64,000 bases of DNA, taken from Candidatus Kapaibacterium sp. Its GTDB lineage: Bacteria; Bacteroidota; Ignavibacteria; Kapaibacteriales; UBA2268. The translations under genes and the position numbers were made by a program. The notes under the pieces are model-generated. The model saw nothing but the letters and a program-made list of their open reading frames with translations, had not been told where the DNA came from and ran no database searches. Shown piece after piece: positions 8,645 through 18,506 of the stretch. Where the stretch lies: the NCBI GenBank assembly GCA_028376765.1, contig JAONBD010000001.1, forward strand, positions 17,715 through 81,714, written 5' to 3'. Each line of letters opens with the position of its first letter. Positions within the stretch are counted from its first letter, which is position 1.

Positions 8645-9589
8645 ATGAAAAAGATATTAATAACTGGTGCATTAGGTCAAATAGGTTCGGAATTAAGTTT
8701 AGAATTAGCAAGGAGATATGGTCGAGATAATATAATCCTGACAGATATAAGAGAAGAGGCAATTCCAGCTTTATCTGATTTCAAATACTACAAGGTAGAT
8801 GTTAGAGATAAAGCATCTTTAAAAGAAATATTAGAAAATAATAAAATTGATTCAATTTTTCATTTAGCAGCCATTTTATCAGCAAATGGTGAAAAAAATC
8901 CCCAGTTTTGTTGGGATGTAAATATGAATGGCTCTTTGAATATTTTAGATTTAGGTATAGAATTAAAATTATCCAAAATTTTTATCCCTAGTTCTATTGC
9001 GGCCTTTGGAGATGGAATTGATGTGAAAAATACAATTCAAGATTCGGTGCTAAGACCGAGTACAATGTATGGAGTAACTAAAGTAGCAGGGGAATCAATT
9101 GGGAATTACTACTTCGAAAAATTTGGTTTGGATGTAAGAGGGCTTCGTTATCCAGGGATTATCTCCTCAGAGACATTGCCAGGTGGTGGTACTACTGATT
9201 ATGCAGTAGAGATCTTTTATGAGGCAATTAAGAATAAAAAATATGAATCGTTTTTAAAAGAAGATGCTGTATTGCCCATGATGTACATGCCAGATTGTAT
9301 TAATGCTACTATTCAATTGATGGAAGCTGATGTTAAGAATTTAAGAAGACATGCAGATTATAATTTGGCAGCAATTAGCTTTGCTCCAAAAGATTTGGCT
9401 CAAGAAATTAAAAAAATCATCCCTGAATTTGAGATTAGTTATAAGCCTGATTACAGGCAAGAAATAGCAGATAGTTGGCCTCAAACAATTGATGATTCTT
9501 ACGCTAGAAAAGATTGGGCATGGGAACACGAATTTGGGATTGAAGCTATTTGCAAAGATATGATAGATAAACTTTCTAAAAAATTGTAA
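8645..9589 (+). CDS. tdh: L-threonine 3-dehydrogenase, extended-SDR / NAD-dependent epimerase-dehydratase type
   Basis: The N-terminus is MKKILITGALGQIGSELSLEL. The ~315 aa length and YxxxK region (YGVTKVAGE) are typical of UDP-galactose-4-epimerase-like Tdh in Flavobacteria. Its partner enzyme Kbl is encoded at 24948. Confidence 0.65.
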   Translation: MKKILITGALGQIGSELSLELARRYGRDNIILTDIREEAIPALSDFKYYKVDVRDKASLKEILENNKIDSIFHLAAILSANGEKNPQFCWDVNMNGSLNILDLGIELKLSKIFIPSSIAAFGDGIDVKNTIQDSVLRPSTMYGVTKVAGESIGNYYFEKFGLDVRGLRYPGIISSETLPGGGTTDYAVEIFYEAIKNKKYESFLKEDAVLPMMYMPDCINATIQLMEADVKNLRRHADYNLAAISFAPKDLAQEIKKIIPEFEISYKPDYRQEIADSWPQTIDDSYARKDWAWEHEFGIEAICKDMIDKLSKKL

Positions 9590-9635
9590 TTTATTGGCAT
9601 AATATTTTCTTGATAATAAAAAAAAGGAAATCATT

Positions 9636-9797
9636 ATGCCACCTTCAATATTAAAAGGACTATTTGTACTTCTATTCTTATTTAGCTTTGTATTGGTAAC
9701 TCAGCCTAAAGCAATTTGGAGAATGCCATCTAGCTTATTTGGCAAAGTAACTAAGAAGAACGATTCTGTAGATCCAAACGACATCAAATTATTTTAA
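9636..9797 (+). CDS. Small hypothetical membrane protein (53 aa, MPPSILKGLFVLLFLFSFVLV...)
   Basis: Unlisted short ORF with an AAAGGAAA RBS-like motif 7 bp upstream and a single hydrophobic helix. Confidence 0.3.
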   Translation: MPPSILKGLFVLLFLFSFVLVTQPKAIWRMPSSLFGKVTKKNDSVDPNDIKLF

Positions 9798-9803
9798 TAC
9801 TTA

Positions 9804-10376
9804 GTGTTAAAGTATTCTTACATAGTGTTTGTAATTTCCACACTATTTATGGTGTCATGTAGTCCATCACCTAGATTTTCATCAAGAATATCCAATGTAG
9901 AAAAACAAAAGCAAGAGCTGACTGAAATTCCTCACAAACTGAAACAAACTAAAAGAAATTTTAAAACTAACAATATTAAACCAATTGCTAAATTCCCAAA
10001 GGTCGAAAATAATTTTGATTATTTAGTTTTTGAATCTGCTAAAGAATGGCTAGGAACTCCGTATAAATGGGGTGGTGATTCCAAAAATGGAGTTGATTGC
10101 TCGGCTTTTGTTAAAAATGTAATGAAAACAGTTGGTGTTGATCTGCCAAGAACAGCAATTAATCAGTTTGAATTTTCCAGCTCTATTAGTTTAAGAAATG
10201 CTAAAATTGGAGATTTAGTATTTTTTAGAAAATCAAACCAAGTAAGCCATGTAGGGATTTACTTAGGCAAAAATAGGTTTATACATTCTTCGACTAGCAA
10301 AGGTGTAATAATTAGCAGTCTTGATGATAGCTGGTATCAAGACAATTTTTATTCGGTCGGAAGAGTAAAATTTTAG
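9804..10376 (+). CDS. NlpC/P60 (C40) family cell-wall peptidase, lipoprotein
   Basis: Signal/lipobox ...STLFMVSCS. A conserved Cys (GVDCSAFV) and His (SHVGIYLG) are in NlpC/P60 order. Confidence 0.75.
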   Translation: MLKYSYIVFVISTLFMVSCSPSPRFSSRISNVEKQKQELTEIPHKLKQTKRNFKTNNIKPIAKFPKVENNFDYLVFESAKEWLGTPYKWGGDSKNGVDCSAFVKNVMKTVGVDLPRTAINQFEFSSSISLRNAKIGDLVFFRKSNQVSHVGIYLGKNRFIHSSTSKGVIISSLDDSWYQDNFYSVGRVKF

Positions 10377-10927
10377 TCAATAATATCGCCATATTTTTCA
10401 GGATATGCTGGTAGTGGTAATGATCCAGGTATTCCAGTTAATGGAAAATCCTTTCTTAATGGATACAGTGGTTCTCCTGACTCAGGGTCAACAAAATCTT
10501 CTGGCATATAGAATCTTCTTAAATCTGGATGATTTGTAAATGTAACACCATACATATCATAAGTTTCCCTTTCGTACCAGTTACAACTTTCCCAAATCGA
10601 CGACAAACTAGGGGAGCTTGGGTCTTCTTCTTCTAATGGTACTCTTAATCGGACTCTGTGGTTATGTGTAAGAGAGTATAAAATATAAATAAGGTCAAAC
10701 CTGTTTTTAGGTCTATTCCAGTCAATAGCTGTTACATCCAAACATTGTTCAAACTTAGTATCATTACTATCTCGAAGATCTTTGGCTACCTTTAATACTT
10801 TATCTTTAGGTACAGTTATTGTGAGTTGATCTCTGTAAATGTACGTTTCTGGTTCTTTAACTGTTTTTGAAACGATTGCGATAATCGTATCTCTATTATT
10901 GATTGAATTTTGTTTTTCCATATCCAC
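10373..10927 (-). CDS. nuoC: NADH-quinone oxidoreductase subunit C (complex I 30 kDa subunit)
   Basis: Motifs FDLIYILYS...HNHRVRLRV...WESCNWYERETYDMYGVTFTNHPDLRR...YPLRKDFPLTG are characteristic of NuoC/Nqo5. Confidence 0.75.
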   Translation of the reverse strand: MDMEKQNSINNRDTIIAIVSKTVKEPETYIYRDQLTITVPKDKVLKVAKDLRDSNDTKFEQCLDVTAIDWNRPKNRFDLIYILYSLTHNHRVRLRVPLEEEDPSSPSLSSIWESCNWYERETYDMYGVTFTNHPDLRRFYMPEDFVDPESGEPLYPLRKDFPLTGIPGSLPLPAYPEKYGDIID

Positions 10928-10957
10928 AAATTAATTTTAATTGCAAATTAGTAAAAA

Positions 10958-12238
10958 TTATTGAAATTTGATTTCATTAATTGATTTTTCAAAAATTGTT
11001 TGGTAATAGTTGAATTGTGTTACTGGGCATTCAAAGTAAATTACAATTAAAGTATCTTCATCTGCTGCAACAAATTCAACAGAAGCAATTGGCAAATCAC
11101 CTTTGTTTACTTGTCTTTTAGTATTGAATATCGTTACTTTTTTATTACCAATTGTTTTTATTTTTTGAGATGCTATTGCATAATCGTGATAATCTTTGGT
11201 ATTCTTCCCATTTGAACCTTTCCAAAATTCAATTAAAGCATCAGGACCAGATACTTGAAATCTCTCACCCATATTTTTAGATACTCTTACTTTCGCCCTA
11301 GCACCTAGTGGTTTTTCTTCATCTTTTTTGTAGACAGATATTTCAAATGTTTCTTCATTTTCATTTGGCTCATCAAAATTAGATCTATGCCAGCCATTTG
11401 GTAACATTAAGATTACATCTTTGTTTTTGGAAGCAAAAGTGGAATATTTAATATCTTTATATTCTTGAAAATTAACACCTGCAATCTCACGTAATTTTTG
11501 TCTATCAATTTCAGCAAGATTCTTTTTGCCAATCTTGTCGTAGGAAAGTGCTCTATTATTAATTGCTCTGTGATGGTTCGGATCAAATTGAATTGCAACT
11601 GTGTAGGACTGAATAGCTTTTTCATATTCTTTATTTTGAAAGAGACTATTTCCAAGTTCATACAATGATTCTTTATTTATAAAATCATTTTTGATTGCTT
11701 TTTGAAAATCATTGATTGCATTATTCCATTTTTCTTGTCTTTGAAATACTCTTCCACGATGGAAAAAAGCAGAGCCATTATTTGGACTTATTTTCAGAGC
11801 TTCGTTCAAATCTCCCATGGCTAGTTCAATTTCATTTTTACCAATTAAAGAGCTACCTCTATTAATATAAGCTTCAACAAATTTAGAATCTATAATTATT
11901 GCCCTGTCAAAATCAGTTAATGCAAGTTCAACTTCATCATTGTAACCATAGCAAAGGCCTCGGGTATTATATGCTTCTGCAAATCTATCATTAATTAATA
12001 TTGATTTAGTGAGGCTTTCAATTGCCAAATCCAATTTACCCTCGTTCATATAAGTGTATCCTTCCCAATAGAAAAGAATGTGATTGTTTGGATCTAGCTC
12101 AATACCTTTATCTATTGAATTGTGAGCTTCAATAAAATTTGCTTCTTGTATTGATTTTTGAGCTGATTCTATATATTTAACTAATTCAGGATTAATCGCG
12201 GTTTGTAGGTAAAAAAATAAGAGTATAAAATTCATCAT
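10958..12238 (-). CDS. TPR-repeat protein with signal peptide and uncharacterised C-terminal domain
   Basis: The N-terminal half has multiple 34-aa TPR-like repeats (AEAYNTRGLCYGY..., VEAYINRGSSL...). Confidence 0.65.
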   Translation of the reverse strand: MMNFILLFFYLQTAINPELVKYIESAQKSIQEANFIEAHNSIDKGIELDPNNHILFYWEGYTYMNEGKLDLAIESLTKSILINDRFAEAYNTRGLCYGYNDEVELALTDFDRAIIIDSKFVEAYINRGSSLIGKNEIELAMGDLNEALKISPNNGSAFFHRGRVFQRQEKWNNAINDFQKAIKNDFINKESLYELGNSLFQNKEYEKAIQSYTVAIQFDPNHHRAINNRALSYDKIGKKNLAEIDRQKLREIAGVNFQEYKDIKYSTFASKNKDVILMLPNGWHRSNFDEPNENEETFEISVYKKDEEKPLGARAKVRVSKNMGERFQVSGPDALIEFWKGSNGKNTKDYHDYAIASQKIKTIGNKKVTIFNTKRQVNKGDLPIASVEFVAADEDTLIVIYFECPVTQFNYYQTIFEKSINEIKFQ

Positions 12239-12843
12239 TTGCTAAGCCATTCGTTTAGTTTGTTATTATGTTCTGTTTTATCGAATCGGGAATTGTTATA
12301 AAAGCCCTTTAAGTATCTCTGACGATACGCTTCGTATAATGTTACAGCAACAGATACAGAAATATTTAAACTTTGTATCATACCTACTTGAGGGATAATA
12401 AAATTACCATCGGAAAGAGATAAAGCTTTTTCGGTAACTCCTTCGTGTTCATTACCAAAAACAAGAGCAATTTTCTGTGTAAAATCCATTTCATACAAAT
12501 CAACAGAATCTGTAGCTAAATGAGTTGTGAAAATAGTAAAACCATCTTTTTTAAGGTTAGTAAAACAGTCTTGTAAATCATTATAATAATTACAATTCAC
12601 CCATTTTTTTGCTGAAGCAGAAGACTGTTTCCCTAATTTCGGTTTAGTTTGTCCAGTATGGTATATTAAATCAACATCTAATATACCAGTAGCATCGCAA
12701 GATCTTAAAGCCGCCGAAATGTTATGAGGGTCATGAACATTTTCCATGACCACTTTCAAATCTGGTTGCCTATTACTAAGCACTCTCTCTACCTTTTCAA
12801 CTCTTTCTTTTGTTCGGATTTCAGTATAGTCTATATTGCTCAT
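12235..12843 (-). CDS. SpoU/TrmH-family RNA 2'-O-methyltransferase
   Basis: SPOUT motifs VFGNEHEGVT and IPQVGMIQSLNISVSVAVTLYE are present. Confidence 0.75.
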   Translation of the reverse strand: MSNIDYTEIRTKERVEKVERVLSNRQPDLKVVMENVHDPHNISAALRSCDATGILDVDLIYHTGQTKPKLGKQSSASAKKWVNCNYYNDLQDCFTNLKKDGFTIFTTHLATDSVDLYEMDFTQKIALVFGNEHEGVTEKALSLSDGNFIIPQVGMIQSLNISVSVAVTLYEAYRQRYLKGFYNNSRFDKTEHNNKLNEWLSK

Positions 12844-12853
12844 ATTTTATTAT

Positions 12854-14479
12854 TTATACACTTTGAAGACCAAGTAGTTCTTGCTTTTTTGCCTTAACAT
12901 CTTCGTCATGTAAAAACTCGTTATAGGTCATCATTTTATCTATTACACCATTAGGTGTTAATTCAATTATTCTGTTTGCAGTCGAATCAAGAAGGGCATG
13001 GTCATGTGAAGCTAATAAAATAACTTCAGAATATTTAACCAAAGCATCGTTTAACGATGATATAGCCTCTAAATCTAAGTGGTTTGTAGGATCATCAAGT
13101 ATTAAAGTATTCGCTCCAGAAAGCATAGTTTTTGATAACATGCACCTAACCTTTTCTCCTCCAGAAAGAACGTTTGTAGCTTTCAATGCTTCTTCTTGTG
13201 AAAACAGCATTCTACCTAAAAAGCTTCTGATGTAAGTTTCTTCAGAATCCTTAGAATATTGACGTAACCACTCTACAATCGGTAAGCCCATAGCAAACTC
13301 TTTGTTATGTTCTTTAGCAAAATATGAATTGCTAATAGTGACACCCCATTCAAAGCTTCCTGAATCTGCTTCTAATTCATTATTGATGATGTCAAAAAAT
13401 GCAGATATTGCTAAATCATTTTCACTTATGAAAGCAATTTTATCATTAGGATTAACTGTTAAGTTGAAATTTGAAAATAATTTTTCACCATTCAAAGTTT
13501 TAGATAGATTTTCAATATTTAAAATAATATTACCGCACTCTCTATCTGGTTTGAACTCAATATAAGGGAACCTTCTTGATGAGTGAGGCATATTTTCAAG
13601 ATCTAATTTATCAAGCATTTTCTTTCTTGAAGTTGCTTGTTTTGCTTTTGAGGCATTAGCACTAAACCTTGAAATAAAGTCTCTTAATTCTTTAGCTTTA
13701 TCTTCATTCTTACGTTGCTGATCTTTCTTCTGTCTTGTAATTAAGCGTACGGCTTCTTGCCAAAATGAGTAATTCCCAACAAAAGTATTTATTTGTTTGA
13801 AGTCAATATCTGCAATGTGTGTACATACCGAATCTAAAAAGTGTCTATCGTGAGAAACAACTATTACAGTATTATTAAATTTAATTAGGAAATCTTCGAG
13901 CCATTCAATTGATTGAATATCCAAATTATTTGTAGGCTCATCTAGTAATAATATGTCAGGGTTTCCAAAAAGAGCTTGGGCTAATAAAACCTTTACTTTT
14001 TCACCTGATTCTAAGTCTTTCATTTTTTTATCTAAATACTCAGAATTAAGCCCTAATCCAGATAATAGGGTACCAGCATCAGATTCTGCCTCATAGCCAT
14101 TCATTTCTGCAAATTCAGCTTCAATTTCACCCATTCTAATGCCTTCTTCTTCGGTGAATTCTGTTTTTGCGTAAAGCTCTTCTCTTTCTTTAGATAATTT
14201 AAATAAGCTCTTATGACCAATAATAACAGTATCTAATACTCTTTGCTCATCATATTCAAATTGATCCTGCTTTAAAACTGCAATTCTTTTTCCATGATCT
14301 ACTTGGATTTGCCCATCAGTAGGTTCTATTTCACCAGATAGGATTTTTAGAAAAGTAGATTTTCCAGCTCCATTAGCTCCGATGATTCCATAGCAATTTC
14401 CTGGGCTAAATTTTATATTAACTTCTTTAAAAAGTACTCGTTTACCAAATTGTACACTTAAATTTTGTGCAGATATCAT
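12854..14479 (-). CDS. ABC-F family ATPase (tandem ABC domains, no TMD; EttA/Uup-like)
   Basis: Two Walker A motifs (GANGAGKST; the second domain), LSGGEK signature motifs, and a charged linker between domains. Confidence 0.85.
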   Translation of the reverse strand: MISAQNLSVQFGKRVLFKEVNIKFSPGNCYGIIGANGAGKSTFLKILSGEIEPTDGQIQVDHGKRIAVLKQDQFEYDEQRVLDTVIIGHKSLFKLSKEREELYAKTEFTEEEGIRMGEIEAEFAEMNGYEAESDAGTLLSGLGLNSEYLDKKMKDLESGEKVKVLLAQALFGNPDILLLDEPTNNLDIQSIEWLEDFLIKFNNTVIVVSHDRHFLDSVCTHIADIDFKQINTFVGNYSFWQEAVRLITRQKKDQQRKNEDKAKELRDFISRFSANASKAKQATSRKKMLDKLDLENMPHSSRRFPYIEFKPDRECGNIILNIENLSKTLNGEKLFSNFNLTVNPNDKIAFISENDLAISAFFDIINNELEADSGSFEWGVTISNSYFAKEHNKEFAMGLPIVEWLRQYSKDSEETYIRSFLGRMLFSQEEALKATNVLSGGEKVRCMLSKTMLSGANTLILDDPTNHLDLEAISSLNDALVKYSEVILLASHDHALLDSTANRIIELTPNGVIDKMMTYNEFLHDEDVKAKKQELLGLQSV

Positions 14480-14546
14480 TTTTTTTTCCTATTTTGCTTT
14501 TAATTGTTACAAAATTAACTTTTATTTTAGAAAAAATACAATTGTA

Positions 14547-15629
14547 ATGTCAGATATTGTAATTATTGATGATGAGTCGTACATAACAGAGAGCTTAACA
14601 GAAATATTAAGCTTGGAAGATTATAATGTCATTCCATTTAATAATGGTTGGGATGCCATTGAATACGTAAAATCTAACCCATGTGATTTGGTTATAAGTG
14701 ATATAGAGATGCCTGAAATAAAAGGTTATGAGATTTTAGAAAAAATTAAGTCCGATTTGAAAACAGCTACAATCCCCTTTATTTTTCTATCTGGTTTGCA
14801 TCAAAACTATCAAATAAGAAAAGGAATGACACTTGGTGCCGATGATTACTTAACAAAACCTTTTGATTCTGAAATGCTAATTAAAAGTGTAAAAGCAAGA
14901 ATCGAAAAAAGTCTTAAATTTGAAGCGGTCGTACAAAGTAAAATTGATGAACTACGCCTTAGTATTTCTACTGTTTTGCCTCATGAATTGCTTACTCCTC
15001 TAAATGGGATCCTTGGTCCAATGCAGATGTTAATGGAAAGTTATGACGATTTTAATAAATCAGAAATCCAAGAGCTACACAAAGTAATATATTTCTGTGC
15101 TAATAGGCTTAAAAGTTTAATTTCTAATTTTCTATATTACAACGAACTTGAAAATAAATTAAATAATGGGTTCAAAACTGAATTTGTTATAACTTCATCA
15201 AACCAACATCTTTTAAAGATATCAGAAAGTATTGCATTCGGGAAAAATAGATCTAATGACTTAAAAGTTGATTTAGAAAACTATAATCATAAAATTGAAT
15301 TAGATGATTTCAAAAAGTTATTTTCAGAGCTAATATCTAATGCCTTTAAGTTCTCTTCGGAAGGCAGTGAAGTAGTTATTTCAAATAAGAAAATAGAAAA
15401 AGTAATTTGTTACTCTATTCGTGATAATGGAAGAGGAATGAATTCCACCGAGATTTCTGATATAGGAGCTTACAAGCAATTTGACAGGTCAAAATTTGAA
15501 CAACAAGGATTAGGACTTGGGCTTTATTTGGTTAAAAGAATTAGCGAACTCTACAGTTTAAATGTTGAATTTAAAAGCGAACCTAATCGCTATACCGAAG
15601 TATTAATTTCAATCCCACATCATGATTGA
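14547..15629 (+). CDS. Hybrid response-regulator/histidine kinase (N-terminal REC, then HisKA + HATPase_c)
   Basis: REC motifs are present (DLVISDIEMP, the conserved Asp). An H-box LPHELLTPLNGILG is followed by an ATPase region (IRDNGRGM..GLGLGLY). Confidence 0.7.
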   Translation: MSDIVIIDDESYITESLTEILSLEDYNVIPFNNGWDAIEYVKSNPCDLVISDIEMPEIKGYEILEKIKSDLKTATIPFIFLSGLHQNYQIRKGMTLGADDYLTKPFDSEMLIKSVKARIEKSLKFEAVVQSKIDELRLSISTVLPHELLTPLNGILGPMQMLMESYDDFNKSEIQELHKVIYFCANRLKSLISNFLYYNELENKLNNGFKTEFVITSSNQHLLKISESIAFGKNRSNDLKVDLENYNHKIELDDFKKLFSELISNAFKFSSEGSEVVISNKKIEKVICYSIRDNGRGMNSTEISDIGAYKQFDRSKFEQQGLGLGLYLVKRISELYSLNVEFKSEPNRYTEVLISIPHHD

Positions 15630-16593
15630 TAACTATTTAGTGACAGGTGCAAATGGTTTTATCGGAAGCTTAGTAGTCGATTCCCTGCTCCAGCAAGGAA
15701 AAAATGTTTTTGCTTTGGTCAGAAATAACTCCAATCTAAAATGGCTCAAAGATAAAAATATTCAATTGATATATGGATCATTGGATAATCTTGAAAATGT
15801 TAAACCAATTTTGGATAAAATTAATTATGTTATCCATGCTGCAGGAATTGTTCAAGCAAAAAACAAAAAAGAATTTTATAAAATTAATGTAATCGGAACA
15901 ATTAATCTTTGTAAGCTTTTTAAAAATTCTCAATTAAAGAAATTTATTTACATAAGTAGTTTAACTGCCGCTGGGCCTTCTAGCAGTATACAGCCTAAGT
16001 TAGAAGATGAAAGATCGAATCCAATTACTGATTATGGGATTAGTAAAATTGAAGCAGAGAGTATTGTTGCTAGTTCTAGTTTTGATTATCTGATTTTAAG
16101 ACCTGGAGCAGTTTTTGGAATTAGAGATAAAGCAATGTATTCAGTCTTTAAAATGGCTTCGAAAGGAATATTTGTAAAAACTGGCAGAAAAGAGAAATTT
16201 GTTTCAATGATTGATGGCCCGCAACTGGCAAATTTAATTGTTTACTCAGCAACAAGTGTTGTAAAAAAACAGATAATAAATTGTGCATTTCAAGAGCCAA
16301 TTAGTCTTGATAAATTTAATAAGCTCCTTAAAGAAATTTTTAAAAAAAATATTATAACATTGAGAGTTCCTGATTTAATGTTAAAATTTGTTGGATTTTT
16401 AAACGAAACATTTTCCAAATTCCTTGGAATAACTCCTGTTTTTGATAGAGATAAAGCTAAAGATATTTCTCAAATTTATTGGGTTGGGTCTACACTTAAG
16501 CTAAAAAATAAATTGTGCTGGGAACCTAAATATAATTTTGAAGAAGCTGTAGGGCAAACAATTGATTGGTACAAAAAGAATAATTGGCTGTGA
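15622..16593 (+). CDS. NAD-dependent epimerase/dehydratase family protein
   Basis: The N-terminus is VTGANGFIGSLVVDSL. The start overlaps the upstream stop by 8 bp. Confidence 0.7.
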   Translation: MIDNYLVTGANGFIGSLVVDSLLQQGKNVFALVRNNSNLKWLKDKNIQLIYGSLDNLENVKPILDKINYVIHAAGIVQAKNKKEFYKINVIGTINLCKLFKNSQLKKFIYISSLTAAGPSSSIQPKLEDERSNPITDYGISKIEAESIVASSSFDYLILRPGAVFGIRDKAMYSVFKMASKGIFVKTGRKEKFVSMIDGPQLANLIVYSATSVVKKQIINCAFQEPISLDKFNKLLKEIFKKNIITLRVPDLMLKFVGFLNETFSKFLGITPVFDRDKAKDISQIYWVGSTLKLKNKLCWEPKYNFEEAVGQTIDWYKKNNWL

Positions 16594-18506
16594 AAAAAAT
16601 ATGGGTATATATAATTATTCTTATGATAGGTATGCTAGCTTTATCATTTTTTATTGCAAGCCTACTTAGGCAAGAGAATAGCCCAGAGATTTCAAGTAAG
16701 TTTATAGCAAATGAAACAGTTATTAACTTTAATCAATTTGGAGTCCCTTTTATTTCTGGAAATGAACCTAATCAGAAATATTATCAGCTAGGAATATGTC
16801 ATGCTAAAGATCGACTTCTCCAAATGGATTATTATTTGTCAATCTGTTTGGGTCTTATGAGCGAAAGATTTTCTGAGAAGTACATTTTGCACGATTATAT
16901 TTCTAGAAGATTAAAATTATCCAAACTAGCCAAAGATATCTACTTGAACTCAAGTAAAAAGGAGAAAGAAATTTTAAAGGCCTATACATCTGGGGTTAAT
17001 GATTTTATCGAATCTTCGCAATCTACATTTGAACTTGCGATATTCAACGTCGAACCTCTTAGATGGGAACCTTGGCACCCAGTTCTGATTAACTTGCTCA
17101 TCGAAATGTCGAACGTAAATATATTTGACAACTTAAAGACTTATTCCAAAATATATAATACTTTTGATGCTGATATCTACAATAAAGTTTTGGAAACAGG
17201 TGGCTTAGAAAATGATTTCGATGTTTTCTATGGCTTGAAATCAAGTTATTTGAAATTGATCTATGATTATTTTAATGAATTACCAAAGATAAGCTTCGAG
17301 GATATAAATTTCAAATCAGAACAGAATCTGGATACCTACTTTTATTACTCACAGAAAGCAAATTTGAAAAAGGGGAATGAAGCTTATTTAGCAGTTTTTG
17401 ATTCGACTATAAATCTATCTATACCAGGAAACCCACTTTCACTGTGCGAAATTGATTCAAACTTTTCTATTTATAGAAATAGGAAGTTAAAAGTAAATTT
17501 GGAAAAGATTCAAAACGATGGTGTAAATTTTCTGCTACAGGATTCGATCTTAGAAGTTAAGTACTTAATTGACACCATTAAATCTAAAGAGAATAAGATT
17601 TCTTACTTGCTTGATAATACAGACTATAACATTATTAACTTTAATGATAATACATATATTCTTTCAATTAATTTAACTTACGACTCCATCAAAAGTTATG
17701 ATATTTCAGAAAACCCATTTGTTAAAAAAAGGGTGAAATCATTACTAAAAAATGTAGTAAAGTTGACTCCTATTGAAACTCAGTTGATTTCTAACGATAA
17801 TTATTCAGTATTTTATTCGAGCTTTAAAGATCAGTTTTACAAAATTATGGTTAACTTTAACACAGTTTTGTCCAACGAAGAGAAGTTATTTATAAAAGAA
17901 GTTTATAATTGGAATTGCCTTGTTGAACCTTCAAGTAAAATTTTATTATTTCTTGATTCTCTTAAAATAGAAATATTTTCATATCTGACTAATAACTTAG
18001 CTGGTAAAACTAATACTGAAGTTAATTTATCTAATAGCTTTATTGATAATTTTGTAATTAATAGCCTAATAAATAACAGTATATATTTTGATGATAATAA
18101 TACTAATGATACTGAAAATAAAGATATAGTTATATTTAATATTTTTAAGAAAATTTATGGTAAAAAATTAGATGATAATGTTAAATATTTGAAAGCTAAA
18201 TCAATAGAATCTGAACTAATGGCTAACAAAGTTTCATTTTTCGATAAAGAATATTTACCAAAAGGTGATCCATATTCAATAAGGTATTTTAAAGAAGAAA
18301 ATCTGCCAATTGGAAACATAGTTAATTTAATTTATATCAAAGGTAGAAATGAATTATATTACCAAAATTTTTCAGGTCAGTCTGGAAATAAACTTTCAAA
18401 AAATTATTCTGATTTATTTCGAATATGGCAAACAGGTGGCTTTGTTAAATTTAACTTAGAAAACCCAGATTTTGATAGCCAATTAATAATTAAAAAAGTA
18501 AACTAA
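16584..18506 (+). CDS. Membrane-anchored penicillin-acylase-family (S45 Ntn-hydrolase) protein, compact and divergent
   Basis: N-terminal TM helix. A motif GICHAKDRLLQMDYY resembles the conserved AQDRLFQM of penicillin/AHL acylases, and a candidate Ser nucleophile sits in MSNVNIF. The assignment is tentative. Confidence 0.5.
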   Translation: MAVKKIWVYIIILMIGMLALSFFIASLLRQENSPEISSKFIANETVINFNQFGVPFISGNEPNQKYYQLGICHAKDRLLQMDYYLSICLGLMSERFSEKYILHDYISRRLKLSKLAKDIYLNSSKKEKEILKAYTSGVNDFIESSQSTFELAIFNVEPLRWEPWHPVLINLLIEMSNVNIFDNLKTYSKIYNTFDADIYNKVLETGGLENDFDVFYGLKSSYLKLIYDYFNELPKISFEDINFKSEQNLDTYFYYSQKANLKKGNEAYLAVFDSTINLSIPGNPLSLCEIDSNFSIYRNRKLKVNLEKIQNDGVNFLLQDSILEVKYLIDTIKSKENKISYLLDNTDYNIINFNDNTYILSINLTYDSIKSYDISENPFVKKRVKSLLKNVVKLTPIETQLISNDNYSVFYSSFKDQFYKIMVNFNTVLSNEEKLFIKEVYNWNCLVEPSSKILLFLDSLKIEIFSYLTNNLAGKTNTEVNLSNSFIDNFVINSLINNSIYFDDNNTNDTENKDIVIFNIFKKIYGKKLDDNVKYLKAKSIESELMANKVSFFDKEYLPKGDPYSIRYFKEENLPIGNIVNLIYIKGRNELYYQNFSGQSGNKLSKNYSDLFRIWQTGGFVKFNLENPDFDSQLIIKKVN

